Counted from the first letter of the stretch, positions 35,010 through 46,854 are shown. The stretch is DNA of 64,000 nt from Anaeromyxobacteraceae bacterium (GCA_032654565.1 JAULAX010000009.1:160001-224000); one strand, 5' to 3'. A program made the numbers and translations. The notes: generated by a model not told the origin, from the letters alone.

Positions 35010-35036
35010 ACCGAGGTCACGCCCCAGGCCCGCTGA
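34983..35036 (+). repeat. Perfect 27-bp tandem duplication of the gene 3' end including the stop codon
   Basis: ACCGAGGTCACGCCCCAGGCCCGCTGA at 34983-35009 and 35010-35036. Confidence 0.95.
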
Positions 35037-35062
35037 CCGGGCCGGGGCGGGACCCCGCCCGA

Positions 35063-36274
35063 CTACAGCCTGAAGCTGGCGCCGACGCTGACCAGGTTGG
35101 CCGAGGTCTTGTACGTGCCAGGCAGGGCGTCGGTCCCGGAGGCGGTGACGGCGTCGAACTGGGCTCGCTGGTAGGCGGCGTCGAGGCGCAGGCGAGCGCT
35201 CACCTGGTATCCCACCCCCACCGACCCGTTCCAGCTGCTGGCGTCGGAGAGCGACGGCGACAGCGTGTCGCTGGGCTGCTCGGAGACCGACCGGAAGACG
35301 CCGGCCCGCAGCGAGAACCCCTTGAGCGCCGGGTCCCCGGCGTACTCGACGCCCAGCCGGTAGTCGTAGGCGTCCTTGTAGTTGCGCGGCACGGTGACGC
35401 TGAACCCCTTGTCGCCCACGAAGGCGTCGGACTTGTAGGCGTTCCAGGCCTCGAGGGTGAAGCCCACCATCACCTCCAGGTGCGGGGTGGCCTGCCAGGA
35501 GACGCCGAGGTTGAGCTCGGCCGGCACCACCACCTTGGTGGTGGCGTTCTGGTCCTGGAGCTGGGTCTGGAACGGGGGCGGCACGCCGGCGAAGTGGGCC
35601 TTCCCCTTCAGGGTCAGGTCGCCCTGGCTGCGGTAGTCGGCGCCGAGCTTGACCGGGGTGCCGGGAAGGGCCGCCTCGAGCGAGACGACGTAGCCGGCGG
35701 CGCCACCGGCGGCGCCCACCTCGGCCTGGGCCACCGTCCCGGCGAAGCCCATCGACTGGGTCAGCTTCTCGGTGGCGTAGTAGTAGGAGGCGCCGGCGCC
35801 GAGCTTGAGCCAGGGGAGCGGCTGGACGGCCCCACCGACCCGGCCCATCACCACCTGCTGGGAGACGGTGCCGACGTGGAACTGCCCCTGCCAGCCGTCC
35901 GGCCAGAAGAGCGCGCCGCCGCCGAGGGCGGTGAAGCCGACACCGACCCCCCAGGCCATGCCGTTGCCGAAGGTGTTGCCGTAGCTGGCGGCCACCAGCG
36001 GCGGGAAGGACGGGTGCCTGGCGGTGGAGGCCGAGCCCATGGTCGGCTCGGACCAGCTGGTCTTGTTGTCGATCACCTGGAGGGAGCCGGCGAAGCCCCA
36101 CCCCTGCGGCCCGGCCAGGGCGGCCAGGTTCATGGTGACGGCCTCGGGGCCGGTCAGGCTGGCCACGCCGGCCTGGGCGATCCCCAGGGCGCGGGCGTCC
36201 GGGTTGGGCGTGGCCCACCCGCCGGCCAGGGCCAGGGCCGGCCAGAGCAGCGAGACGGCGAGGAGCTTGCGCAT
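35063..36274 (-). CDS. OmpP1/FadL-family outer membrane transporter
   Basis: Signal peptide ending ALA|GG; ARALGIAQAGVA..MNLAAL (NPA-like hatch); beta-barrel ending ASFRL. Alternative GTG start at 36289 overlaps the upstream stop. Confidence 0.88.
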   Translation of the reverse strand: MRKLLAVSLLWPALALAGGWATPNPDARALGIAQAGVASLTGPEAVTMNLAALAGPQGWGFAGSLQVIDNKTSWSEPTMGSASTARHPSFPPLVAASYGNTFGNGMAWGVGVGFTALGGGALFWPDGWQGQFHVGTVSQQVVMGRVGGAVQPLPWLKLGAGASYYYATEKLTQSMGFAGTVAQAEVGAAGGAAGYVVSLEAALPGTPVKLGADYRSQGDLTLKGKAHFAGVPPPFQTQLQDQNATTKVVVPAELNLGVSWQATPHLEVMVGFTLEAWNAYKSDAFVGDKGFSVTVPRNYKDAYDYRLGVEYAGDPALKGFSLRAGVFRSVSEQPSDTLSPSLSDASSWNGSVGVGYQVSARLRLDAAYQRAQFDAVTASGTDALPGTYKTSANLVSVGASFRL

Positions 36275-36285
36275 GGTGGCGGGCC

Positions 36286-39200
36286 TCACGGGATGACCAC
36301 GAGAGAAGCGGGGAGGAAGGTGGGGGAGAGCACGAAGTCGGCGGCGTCTTGCTGGGCCCTGAGCGTGGCCCCCGGGCTGAAGGTCCAGTCGGTGAAGAAG
36401 GCGTGCTCGACGGCGTGGGGGCTGCTGGCGCCGGGGACGCCGCAGGCCTGGATGGCGCCGCTGATGGTGGAGGGATTGCCGGCCGCCATGGTGTAGAGCT
36501 GGAAGGTGCCCGGGGCCCCGAAGGTCGGCGCCACCGGCAGCGGCGAGGTGCCGACGTTGTTGGCCCAGACGTAGCTCCAGGTGTTGGGGACGGTCTGGTC
36601 GCAGAGGGCCACCTGCGTCAGGATCCGCTTCGGCGCCTGGGCCACCGAGCCGTCGATGGCGCCTCCCAGGGGCGGGAGCAGGTTGGGCAGGGTGTCGGCG
36701 GTGAGGTGGCCGGCGTAGTTGATGGGGTCGGCCGGGTCGATGATCAGCTTGGCCACCGCCAGGAACTGCAGGTAGGCGGAGCTGCCATGGGCAATCCCCA
36801 TGCCGGCCAGCAGCGCGTTGATGTCGCTGGCGAAGGCCGGCGAGGTGGTGAAGATGTCCACCAGCGTGCCGCCGCCGACGTTGAGCGCCGCCCGGGTGAT
36901 GCGCGGGTTGGCGGCCACGTCGACCGTCCCCTGGATGGCCCCCATCGACTGGCCCGAGTAGGAGATGGCGGCCGGGTCGATGACCAGCCCGCTGGCCACC
37001 ATGTGATCGAAGACGGAGTGGCCTGTGGGCGGGGCCCCGCTGGGCGCGAAGGCGATGGCCCGGATCAGCTGCGACTGGTCGATGATGTCCTGCCGCAGCG
37101 TGTCGCGGGTGCGGAAGAAGTTGGAGGTGACGATGAAGTTGGCCGAGACCAGCGGGATGCCGTCGGCGCCGGCGTAGCCGCAGCCGACCGGATCGACGGC
37201 GCAGGAGAGGCTAACCGGCATCTTGGTGAAGCCGGCGGCGCAGGTGCCGGGCGGCCGGGCGTCACCCTGGGCGCCGGCCGGGAGCGGGGAGACGCACTCG
37301 GCGCCGTCGTTGCAGACGTTGTAGGTGGCCCCGCCGGCGGTGACCGTGGCCACCCCCTTGGTGCAGAAGGAGCGGTCGCCGCTCTTGGCCGCGTCGATGG
37401 CCACCGTCACCATGCCCTTGGCGGCGTAGGTGTCGGCCACCGTCAGCATGTGGGCGCGGCCGCCGCCCAGCCCGTGGCGGAAGACCATCATGGGGGCGCA
37501 CTTCCCGAAGGGCCGAGCCAGCCCACCGGTGCAGGCCGGCACCGCCGGGTTGCTGGCGAAGGGGACGGTGATCAGCACCTTGATGGTCTCGTCGGCCGGG
37601 GCGCCGGCGTGGAAGGCGCCGGTGGCCGGATCGAGCAGGTTGAAGGTGGTGATGGTGGTCTCGATGACCTCGGCGATGTTGGTGTGCGGGACCACGGCGA
37701 CGTCGACGCCGTACTTGGCGAAGGCCGTCAATGCGTTGGTGGCCGAGGTCACCGCCCCGGGCAGGCCGGTGGCCGCCGGCATGGTGTACGGCAGGGCCCC
37801 GAGCTGGGCCGCCTGCTTCTTGAAGGACTGGGTCTTGAACGTGTAGGCCATGGCGATGTCGGCCTTGGTCACCGCCGGCGAGGCGGCGGCCAGCGCCGCC
37901 CGCACCGGCACCAGCCGCTGGCGCATCACCTCCAGCGCGCCGGCGGTCGGGTCGTCGATGCCGAGCAGCTGCGAGGCGCCGGTGGCGTTCACCAGCGGGT
38001 TGTCGAAGAGCAGGACGCTCCCCACCGTGCCGCGGCCGAGCGCCTTGCCGGCCTTGTCCTTGACCCCGGTGGTGATCACCACCGCGTAGTTGGTGTCGTC
38101 CTTGAGCGGACGGGTGCGGAACGGCGAGGTGGCGTCGGAAGCCGTGGCGCCCACCGGCTGCGAGGCCACCACCGGAGACAGGCCGGACGAGGTGAACTCG
38201 ACGGGCTCGATCAGGTAGGTGGCCGGGTTGACCAGCGCCGGGGCGGCCGGGTTGGTCAGGTCGTAGAGCTTGTAGCTGGCGCTGGTGACGGTGGCGGCCT
38301 GGATGAGATCGTTGGTGGGCGCCAGAAGGGGGGCGGTGGTGGAGAAGCCGTCGAGCGCGGCGAAGTACCCGGAGGCGGCGGAGGAGCAGGTGCCGACGGC
38401 GGCGTCGAAGGTCCCCTGGGCCAGCGTGCAGGCGGCCAGCGGCGTCAGCTTGCCGCAGGCGGCGCAGGTGGCAGAGGCCGGGCGCGGATCGCGCAGCAGG
38501 TCCACCGGGAGCGGCACCAGGCCGCGCCCCGGATCGAGATCGACCTGGGTCTGCGCCGGGGCGATGGTGAAGCCGACCAGCGAGGCCAGCTCCTGGTGCG
38601 GGAAGCGCTGGTCACAGGCGGCGAAGGCCGGCGCGAAGGCGGTGCTCATCATGTTGAGCTGCTGGGCCAGCGCCAGGGCGGCGGCGTGGGAGCCGGCCTG
38701 GGCCTGGAGCAGCCCGAGGTTGGCGGGGGCGGTCATGTCCTTGCCCTGCGCCACCAGGTAGAAGACCGAGGAGGGCCAGATGGCGTCGGCCTCCACCGTC
38801 TTGACGCCGGACGGCCCGCCGCGGACCAGCACGGCGTAGGTGCCGGGGGCCCAGGGCTGGCGCCCCTTGTGGTGGAGGGTGAGGGTGGTGACCGTGCCCT
38901 GGCCGCCGGCCGCCGGGCCGACCGAGACGTCGCCGGGGCCGATGGGATCGAGCGGGATCTCGCCCATCACGCCGCCCGAGGTGACCCCGAAGACGAAGAA
39001 GGTGTTGGGGTTGAACGAGGTGCGGTCGAGGATGGGCGCCACCCGGGTGGTGGAGCCGTCGGCGTTGATCCGGTCGCGGGCGAAGGAGATGGTCACCGCC
39101 ACCTCCTGGTCGTTGGGGAAGCCGCCCTGGGTCTTGAAGAGGGTGAGCAGCTCCTTCTGCGCGGCCGGGAGGTTCAGCGAGGCCGGGTCGAGCAGCACCA

Positions 39201-39360
39201 GGTCGCTGGGCAGCGGGATGTCACCGGCGGCCGGGTCGAAGATGGCCGTGACCACCGAGGCCGGCGAGGGATCCTGGGGGATGGAGGGCGTGCAGCTCGC
39301 GACGGCGAGGAGCAGCGCGCTGGCGGCGGCGCGGCGGATGGTCATGGTGCTGGTCCTCAT
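36286..39360 (-). CDS. Large lipoprotein alpha/beta-hydrolase (Pla-1/cef-like extracellular lipase)
   Basis: Lipobox AVASC; P.P.DL and LDGFSTTAP N-terminal motifs; FRHGLGG, GQSMG nucleophile, DPADP, DQTVPN, EHAF. ATG overlaps the upstream stop (ATGA). Confidence 0.82.
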   Translation of the reverse strand: MRTSTMTIRRAAASALLLAVASCTPSIPQDPSPASVVTAIFDPAAGDIPLPSDLVLLDPASLNLPAAQKELLTLFKTQGGFPNDQEVAVTISFARDRINADGSTTRVAPILDRTSFNPNTFFVFGVTSGGVMGEIPLDPIGPGDVSVGPAAGGQGTVTTLTLHHKGRQPWAPGTYAVLVRGGPSGVKTVEADAIWPSSVFYLVAQGKDMTAPANLGLLQAQAGSHAAALALAQQLNMMSTAFAPAFAACDQRFPHQELASLVGFTIAPAQTQVDLDPGRGLVPLPVDLLRDPRPASATCAACGKLTPLAACTLAQGTFDAAVGTCSSAASGYFAALDGFSTTAPLLAPTNDLIQAATVTSASYKLYDLTNPAAPALVNPATYLIEPVEFTSSGLSPVVASQPVGATASDATSPFRTRPLKDDTNYAVVITTGVKDKAGKALGRGTVGSVLLFDNPLVNATGASQLLGIDDPTAGALEVMRQRLVPVRAALAAASPAVTKADIAMAYTFKTQSFKKQAAQLGALPYTMPAATGLPGAVTSATNALTAFAKYGVDVAVVPHTNIAEVIETTITTFNLLDPATGAFHAGAPADETIKVLITVPFASNPAVPACTGGLARPFGKCAPMMVFRHGLGGGRAHMLTVADTYAAKGMVTVAIDAAKSGDRSFCTKGVATVTAGGATYNVCNDGAECVSPLPAGAQGDARPPGTCAAGFTKMPVSLSCAVDPVGCGYAGADGIPLVSANFIVTSNFFRTRDTLRQDIIDQSQLIRAIAFAPSGAPPTGHSVFDHMVASGLVIDPAAISYSGQSMGAIQGTVDVAANPRITRAALNVGGGTLVDIFTTSPAFASDINALLAGMGIAHGSSAYLQFLAVAKLIIDPADPINYAGHLTADTLPNLLPPLGGAIDGSVAQAPKRILTQVALCDQTVPNTWSYVWANNVGTSPLPVAPTFGAPGTFQLYTMAAGNPSTISGAIQACGVPGASSPHAVEHAFFTDWTFSPGATLRAQQDAADFVLSPTFLPASLVVIP

Positions 39361-42300
39361 GGCGTGAACCCCTGGGTGGCGACCGTGGCGTTCAGGATCT
39401 GGTCGCCGTGGGCGTAGGTGAAGTAGACGTTGCGGGCCCAGTCGGCCAGCAGGTCGGGACCGACGGTGACCCCGTACGGCCGGGCCACCTCCGGGCCGGG
39501 CAGCTGCATCCGCACCACCGGCGCGGCCGGGTCCATCACCGAGACGTGGCGGACGTTGGCGCTGGAGCCGAAGGCGAAGCTGGTGCCACCGCCGCTCAGC
39601 GACGGGTTGGCGACGTCGACCGTGAAGGCGCCGCCGGGCCTGGCGAACGGCCCCGGCTCGTAGCCGAGCGTGACCATGGGGAACTGGCTGACCGGCTGGA
39701 AGGTGTGGACGCGCCCCCAGACCCAGGCGCCGACGGTGGGCAGGCCGTGCCGGGCGAAGAGGCCGGCGTAAGCGGTGGAGAGCGCCAGCTTGACCTGCTC
39801 CTCGCAGCTGGTGTCGCCGACCAGGGCGCCGCTGGCGTCGACGTTCTGGCAGAAGCTCTGGTCGGCCGCGGCCGGGCTCCCGGGCGGGTTGTCGAGCATG
39901 TGGAGCATCCCCTTGACCGCCGCCTGGGCGTCGATCCCCAGCCCGGCCACCGCCAGGTCGTCGGCGAAGACGGTGGTGAGCAGCTCGCGGACGAAGACGT
40001 GGAAGAGGTAGCAGCCGGCCGAGTTGCCCACCGCCGCGGCGCTGGTGTCGACCGGGCTCAGCTTCGGGTCGATGCCGGTCAGGCCGCTGGGGCAGTCGAA
40101 GCCGCCGGTCTTCCAGGCGGCCAGCACCGACCGGGCCTGCTCGTACGGGTTGGCGGGGTCGTCGGGCGGCATGGAGACGATGTAGCGCTCGAAGGCCGCC
40201 CCCAGCCGGGAGGCGTGGTCGGTCTGGATCGACTCCATGTCGGCCTGCGAGACCTTGCCATTGCCGGCGGTCAGCGCCTGCAGCCGCTCGCTGATGCGGG
40301 CGTGGCGGAAGCCGGTGCCGTCGCTCCAGGTGTAGCTCAGGTAGTTGCCGTTCCCGTCGACGGGCACGCCGAACGGCGCGGTGACGGTGGTCCCCACCGG
40401 GTCGGCGTTGGCGGTGGCGAAGAAGCCCTCCACCGGGTCCTTCCCCTGCGGCAGGTCGGCGTCGGCGATCCAGCAGGTGGCTGGGGGCTGGGTGGTGCCG
40501 GCGGCGGCGCAGTCGGTGTTCCCGGTCGGACCCCACTCGGCCGAGCCGTTGCCGGGCAGCGGGAACCAGGGGAGGAGCGGCTGGGTCCCGGGCATGGTCC
40601 CGGCCCAGGGGCGCTTCGGCACCAGGGCGTGGGGCGAGTAGCCGATGTGGCCGGCGTCGTCGGCCATCACGAAGTTCTGGGCCCCGGTGGACCAGTTGGC
40701 GACGGCGGCCATGGCGGCATCGACGTTGGCCGCGGTGTCGAGGCCGAGGAAGGCGGAGAGGTCCTGGGTGGCCTCCTCGTGGCCGGTCCAGCGGACCGAG
40801 AAGCCCACCCCGGCGGCGTCGGGGGCCTGGATGATGGGGCCGTGGTGCGGGACCACCAGGGCCGCCGCGGGCGGCGTGGCGCTGGCGGGCAGCCCCAGGG
40901 CGTTGGCGTTGACCAGGCCGGCCGGGGTGCGGACCATGAAGGTGAGCGGGACCGGGATCAGGTTGACCGGCGCCCCCTTGAACATGACGCAGTAGGGGAA
41001 GCCACCGCACATGGCCGGGGGCAGGAACTGCTCCTGGTAGACGTCGGTGACGTCGTAGCCGACCACGGTGACGCCCCAGCCGACGTGCTTGCCGCGGCCG
41101 ACCTGCGCGCCCGGCGTGCCGGGGAAGGCGCCGCCGGTGACGTCGAGGTTGTCGGCGGCGTTCGACGAGGTGAGCGCGGCGAGGTGGAAGTTGGACGGGT
41201 ACTGGAGCGAGAGGTGCGGGTCGTTGGCCACCATGGCCTTGCCGGTCACCGAGTGGGCGGCGTCGACCACCCAGTTGTTGGAGCCGGTGGAGCCGTCGTG
41301 CGGCTGCAGCGCGGCGCGCAGCCCCTTGAGCGAGGCGGCCAGGGCGTCGAGCGGGCCGGCCACCGCCGCCAGGTTGGGGCCCTGGGGCGCCAGGGCCGCG
41401 CCGGCCACCCGCAGCGCGTTGATGCCGATGGGCGGCGCCGCCGGGGTGAGGGTGTGCGAGGTCTCGCTCTTCACCTGGGCGGTCCGGACCCAGACCGACA
41501 GCTTGCCGAGATCGGTGCCGTAGCGGGCGGCGAAGCGGCCGAAGTCGATCTCCTCGTCGAGCGTCGAGGAGAGCGAGTACTGCTGGATGCGCATGAAGGA
41601 CATGACGTCGGAGACGGTCCAGGCCGGGATGTCGGCGCCGGTGAGCGGGTACGGCAGCTGGGCGTACTCACCGCCGATGGGCCCGCCGGCGGCGCGGAGC
41701 TCGGCCAGCCGGGCGTTGATGCCGGAGATGTAGGCCTCGACGACCAGCTTCGACGGGGCCTCCATGTGGGCGGCCAGGGCGTCGCCCAGCCGCTGGCCGG
41801 AGCGGGTGGTGAAGAGGGTGCGGAGCTGGACGTCCTGGGAGAGCCCGAGGACGCCGACCATCTCGGCCAGCCGGCCGGTGGCGACGCGGCGCAGGAAGTC
41901 CATCTGGAAGAGCCGGTCGCGGGCGTGCAGGTAGCCCTGCACGGCGAAGCAGTCGGCCGCCTGGGTGCAGCGGATGTGCGGCACCTCCTGGGCGTCGTAG
42001 CGGACCTCGACGGCGCCGGCCAGGCCGGCGATCTTGATGTTGGCGGCGACGGGCGGCGGCTGCAGCGCCAGGTGGGCGACGGCGGAGAGCCCGCCCGATG
42101 AGGCAGTGAGCGTGGCGGTGGCGTTGGCCGCAGGGGCTGCCGGCGGGCGGTAGGTGACCCGCTCGCCGGTGGTGGCGGAGAGGCTGCCCGGACCGACCAG
42201 GGTCCAGGTGACAGTTCCGCCGGTGGCGACGGCGACGGCGTGGAACGTGGCCGGCCCCAGCACGTTGACGGTTCCGCTGGGTGTGAGGGTCAGTGAGGGG

Positions 42301-42374
42301 GGCGCCTTGGTGCTCTCGTTGCACCCGACCGCCAGCAAACCAACCAGGCAAGCACCTACCAGCCCGACACGCAT
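39357..42374 (-). CDS. Penicillin acylase-family Ntn hydrolase lipoprotein (AHL-acylase-like)
   Basis: Lipobox LAVGC; QGYLHARDRLFQMDFLRR; GSNNWVV (catalytic Ser); ANDPHL; HHGP; QNFVMAD; TANAD; WGRVH. Confidence 0.93.
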   Translation of the reverse strand: MRVGLVGACLVGLLAVGCNESTKAPPSLTLTPSGTVNVLGPATFHAVAVATGGTVTWTLVGPGSLSATTGERVTYRPPAAPAANATATLTASSGGLSAVAHLALQPPPVAANIKIAGLAGAVEVRYDAQEVPHIRCTQAADCFAVQGYLHARDRLFQMDFLRRVATGRLAEMVGVLGLSQDVQLRTLFTTRSGQRLGDALAAHMEAPSKLVVEAYISGINARLAELRAAGGPIGGEYAQLPYPLTGADIPAWTVSDVMSFMRIQQYSLSSTLDEEIDFGRFAARYGTDLGKLSVWVRTAQVKSETSHTLTPAAPPIGINALRVAGAALAPQGPNLAAVAGPLDALAASLKGLRAALQPHDGSTGSNNWVVDAAHSVTGKAMVANDPHLSLQYPSNFHLAALTSSNAADNLDVTGGAFPGTPGAQVGRGKHVGWGVTVVGYDVTDVYQEQFLPPAMCGGFPYCVMFKGAPVNLIPVPLTFMVRTPAGLVNANALGLPASATPPAAALVVPHHGPIIQAPDAAGVGFSVRWTGHEEATQDLSAFLGLDTAANVDAAMAAVANWSTGAQNFVMADDAGHIGYSPHALVPKRPWAGTMPGTQPLLPWFPLPGNGSAEWGPTGNTDCAAAGTTQPPATCWIADADLPQGKDPVEGFFATANADPVGTTVTAPFGVPVDGNGNYLSYTWSDGTGFRHARISERLQALTAGNGKVSQADMESIQTDHASRLGAAFERYIVSMPPDDPANPYEQARSVLAAWKTGGFDCPSGLTGIDPKLSPVDTSAAAVGNSAGCYLFHVFVRELLTTVFADDLAVAGLGIDAQAAVKGMLHMLDNPPGSPAAADQSFCQNVDASGALVGDTSCEEQVKLALSTAYAGLFARHGLPTVGAWVWGRVHTFQPVSQFPMVTLGYEPGPFARPGGAFTVDVANPSLSGGGTSFAFGSSANVRHVSVMDPAAPVVRMQLPGPEVARPYGVTVGPDLLADWARNVYFTYAHGDQILNATVATQGFTP

Positions 42375-42602
42375 GTGAACCTCCGGCTGCCACGTTTCGA
42401 TGAGTCGGCGTCTGCTGCAGGCCGGCCAGCGGCCCACGCGCATATTTCGCACCTGCGAGGGGTAACGCGTGTTGACCCGAAAATCCATAGAGGAATCAAC
42501 ATCTACGCGGATGGTTCGTGCCGCGGTGCGCAAGAACTGCGGATCCTCAGGGCAATTTGTCGCGTTCCGGACAGCGGGCGAATGAGGGGCAGTCCCACCC
42601 CC

Positions 42603-43760
42603 TCAGAGCCGCGCCAGCCGCTCGCAGGCCCGGTCCAGCGTCGCCTCCTCCTTGGCGAAGCAGAACCGGAGCACCCGGTCCTGCCGCGGCGCCGCGAAGA
42701 AGACCGAGACCGGGATGCTGGCCACGCCCACCTCCCGCGTCAGCCGCTCGGCCAGGGCCAGGTCCGGCTCGTCGCTCACCGCGGCGTAGGAGGCGAGCTG
42801 GAAGTAGGTGCCGGCGCAGGGGAGCGGAACGAGGCGGGTGGCCGCCAGCCCGGCCCGGAAGCGGTCCCGCCGCCGCTGGTAGAAGTCGGCCAGCCCCAGG
42901 TAGCGGGCCGGCTCGCGCAGGAACTCGGCCAGCGCCAGCTGGATGGGGGTATTGACCGCGAAGACCACGAACTGGTGGACCTTGCGGAACTCGGCGGTGA
43001 GCGCCGCCGGCGCCAGCACGCAGCCGATCTTCCAGCCGGTGGCGTGGAAGGTCTTGCCGAAGGAGCCGACCACGAAGCTGCGCGCCGCCAGCTCGGCGTG
43101 GCCGGAGCAGCCCTGGTGGCGCTGGCCGTCGAAGACCATGTGCTCGTAGACCTCGTCGGAGACCACCAGGGTGTCGGTGCCGCGCAGCAGCGCCGCCAGC
43201 GCATCCAGGTCGGCGGCGGTCCAGACCGCGCCGGTGGGGTTGTGGGGCGAGTTGATCACCACCAGCCGGGTCCGCGGCGAGAGCAGCCGGCGCACCTCGG
43301 CCCAGTCGGGCCGGTAGCCGGGGAAGGCCAGCGACGCCCGCACCACCGTCCCCCCCGCCAGCTCCACCGCCGGGGCGTAGCAGTCGTAGGCCGGCTCGAA
43401 GATCAGCACCTCGTCCCCCGGCCGCACCGCGCAGGTGATGGCGGTGAAGATGGCCTGGGTCCCGCCGGCGGTGACGGTGACCTCGTGCTCGGGGTGGTAG
43501 ACGGTGCCGGAGAGCGCCGCCGCCTTCTCGGCGATGGCCTCCCGCAGCGCCAGGACGCCGGCCATGGGGGCGTACTGGTTGGCCCCGGCCCGCAGGTGCT
43601 TCTCCACCAGGTCGAGCAGCGCCGGGTCGGGCGAGAAGTCGGGGAAGCCCTGGGAGAGGTTGATGGCGCCGCACCCGGCGGCGAGGCGGGACATCACCGT
43701 GAAGATGGTGGTGCCGACCTGGGGGAGGCGGGAGGGGAAGCCGGCGGCGGCGTTCGGCAT
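42603..43760 (-). CDS. PLP-dependent class I aminotransferase (YbdL/methionine aminotransferase-like)
   Basis: GTTIFTVMS, INLSQGFPDF, NSPHNPTG, SDEVYEH, SFGKTFHATGWKIG, RFCFAK. Confidence 0.93.
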   Translation of the reverse strand: MPNAAAGFPSRLPQVGTTIFTVMSRLAAGCGAINLSQGFPDFSPDPALLDLVEKHLRAGANQYAPMAGVLALREAIAEKAAALSGTVYHPEHEVTVTAGGTQAIFTAITCAVRPGDEVLIFEPAYDCYAPAVELAGGTVVRASLAFPGYRPDWAEVRRLLSPRTRLVVINSPHNPTGAVWTAADLDALAALLRGTDTLVVSDEVYEHMVFDGQRHQGCSGHAELAARSFVVGSFGKTFHATGWKIGCVLAPAALTAEFRKVHQFVVFAVNTPIQLALAEFLREPARYLGLADFYQRRRDRFRAGLAATRLVPLPCAGTYFQLASYAAVSDEPDLALAERLTREVGVASIPVSVFFAAPRQDRVLRFCFAKEEATLDRACERLARL

Positions 43761-43921
43761 GCGCCGCGAGTCTGGGTCGGCGGCGGCGGCGTGGCAAGGG
43801 GAGGCGCCCGGGTGGCGGTATCGGCTGCGGCAGGATGGCGAGGCGATTCCCGCGCCGCGGCGGATCCGACCGGGCTATCGTCCCGCCGCTCTCCCCCTCC
43901 CCTTTCCGAAACGGAGCCCCC

Positions 43922-45538
<1,617 letters not shown>

Positions 45539-45592
45539 CGGCGGCCGGGCGCGGCCGCGGCCGGTCGGCCTGGCGTATATTCCGCGCCACCC

Positions 45593-46609
45593 ATGGACTG
45601 GCTGCGCCACCCCGCCCTCGCCTGGTTCCTGCCGGTGCCGCTGCTGGCGGCGCTGGCGCCGCTGCTCTGGCGCGTCTTCCGCGCCGACTGGCTGGAGCTG
45701 GACCGGGCCGCGGCCCGCCACCGCGAGGCGACGGTGCCGGCCGGCGCCACCGACCTGCGGCTCCTGGTGGCCCCGGCGCTCGGGGTCTTCGTGCTGGCGC
45801 TGCAGGAGTACTTCGGCAAGGCCAGCTTCTTCGAGGCGGCGCTGCGGCCGGCGCTGGCCGCCTTCCAGCGGGGCCACCCCGGCGGCCCGGTCGACCTCGA
45901 CACCTGGGGGGCGCTCTACGTCCAGTCCTGGTGGGGGCTGACCCGGGTGGGCGGCTACCTGCTGCCCATCGCCATCTGGCCGCTGCTCTTCCCCGGCGAC
46001 CGGCGGCGCGACTGCGGCCTGCGGGTGGCCGGGCTGGGGCGCCACCTCTGGATCTACGCGCTGGCGCTGGCGGTGATGGTGCCGCTGCTGATGGTGGTGC
46101 GCCACCAGCCCGACTTCGGCGCCTACTACCCCTTCTACCGGGGGGCCGGCCGCAGCTGGGCCGACCTGCTCTGCTGGGAGGCCATCTACCTGGCCCAGTT
46201 CTTCGCGCTGGAGGCCTTCTTCCGCGGCTGGTGGCTCCACGCCACCCGCGGCCTGGGGGCGGCCTCGATCCTCGGCATGGTGGTCCCCTACACCATGATC
46301 CACTTCGGCAAGCCCTGGCTGGAGGTCTCCGGGGCCATCGTGGCCGGGGTGGTGCTCGGCTCGGTGGCGGCGCGGACCCGGAGCATCTGGGCCGGCTTCC
46401 TGGTCCACGCCACCGTGGCGCTGCTCATGGACGTGCTGTCGCTGCAGCGGCGGGGGGAGCTGCCGACGCTCCTCTGGCCGGGGAGCGAGACCCACCTCGG
46501 CTTCGGCGGCTGGTCCTGGCTGCTGCCGGCGGTCGGGGTCGGCGCGCTGGGGGTGCTGGCCCACCAGGCCTGGCGGAAGTGGGGGCGGCCTTCGGCTCCG
46601 TCGACGTGA
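45593..46609 (+). CDS. CPBP-family intramembrane glutamic protease
   Basis: LEAFFRG, PYTMIHFGKP.LE, TRSIWAGFLVH; multiple TM helices. Confidence 0.85.
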   Translation: MDWLRHPALAWFLPVPLLAALAPLLWRVFRADWLELDRAAARHREATVPAGATDLRLLVAPALGVFVLALQEYFGKASFFEAALRPALAAFQRGHPGGPVDLDTWGALYVQSWWGLTRVGGYLLPIAIWPLLFPGDRRRDCGLRVAGLGRHLWIYALALAVMVPLLMVVRHQPDFGAYYPFYRGAGRSWADLLCWEAIYLAQFFALEAFFRGWWLHATRGLGAASILGMVVPYTMIHFGKPWLEVSGAIVAGVVLGSVAARTRSIWAGFLVHATVALLMDVLSLQRRGELPTLLWPGSETHLGFGGWSWLLPAVGVGALGVLAHQAWRKWGRPSAPST

Positions 46610-46788
46610 CGCCGGGTTCCCGGAGGCCGGGGCACCTTCGCTCCCGACCCTGGGGCGTGAACCACCCGTCGCCCCGGCGTGTCGTGGCGGCTGGTCCAGC
46701 TCGCCGTGGCGGCGCTCCCCCACGAACTCCGCTGCGAAGACGGGTGCTTCCACCAGCCCCCGCTCCGGCGCCGCCCCGTTCGGCCGAT

Positions 46789-46804
46789 CGGCGCGATCCG
46801 TGCA
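46789..46804 (+). promoter_or_regulatory. Candidate sigma54 promoter for the hemerythrin gene
   Basis: CGGCGCGATCCGTGCA (GG-N10-GC), about 50 nt before the ATG. Confidence 0.45.
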
Positions 46805-46854
46805 ATTTGGTCCCGGACCCGGCCCTGACGGCCGATCCGACACGGGAGACACAC

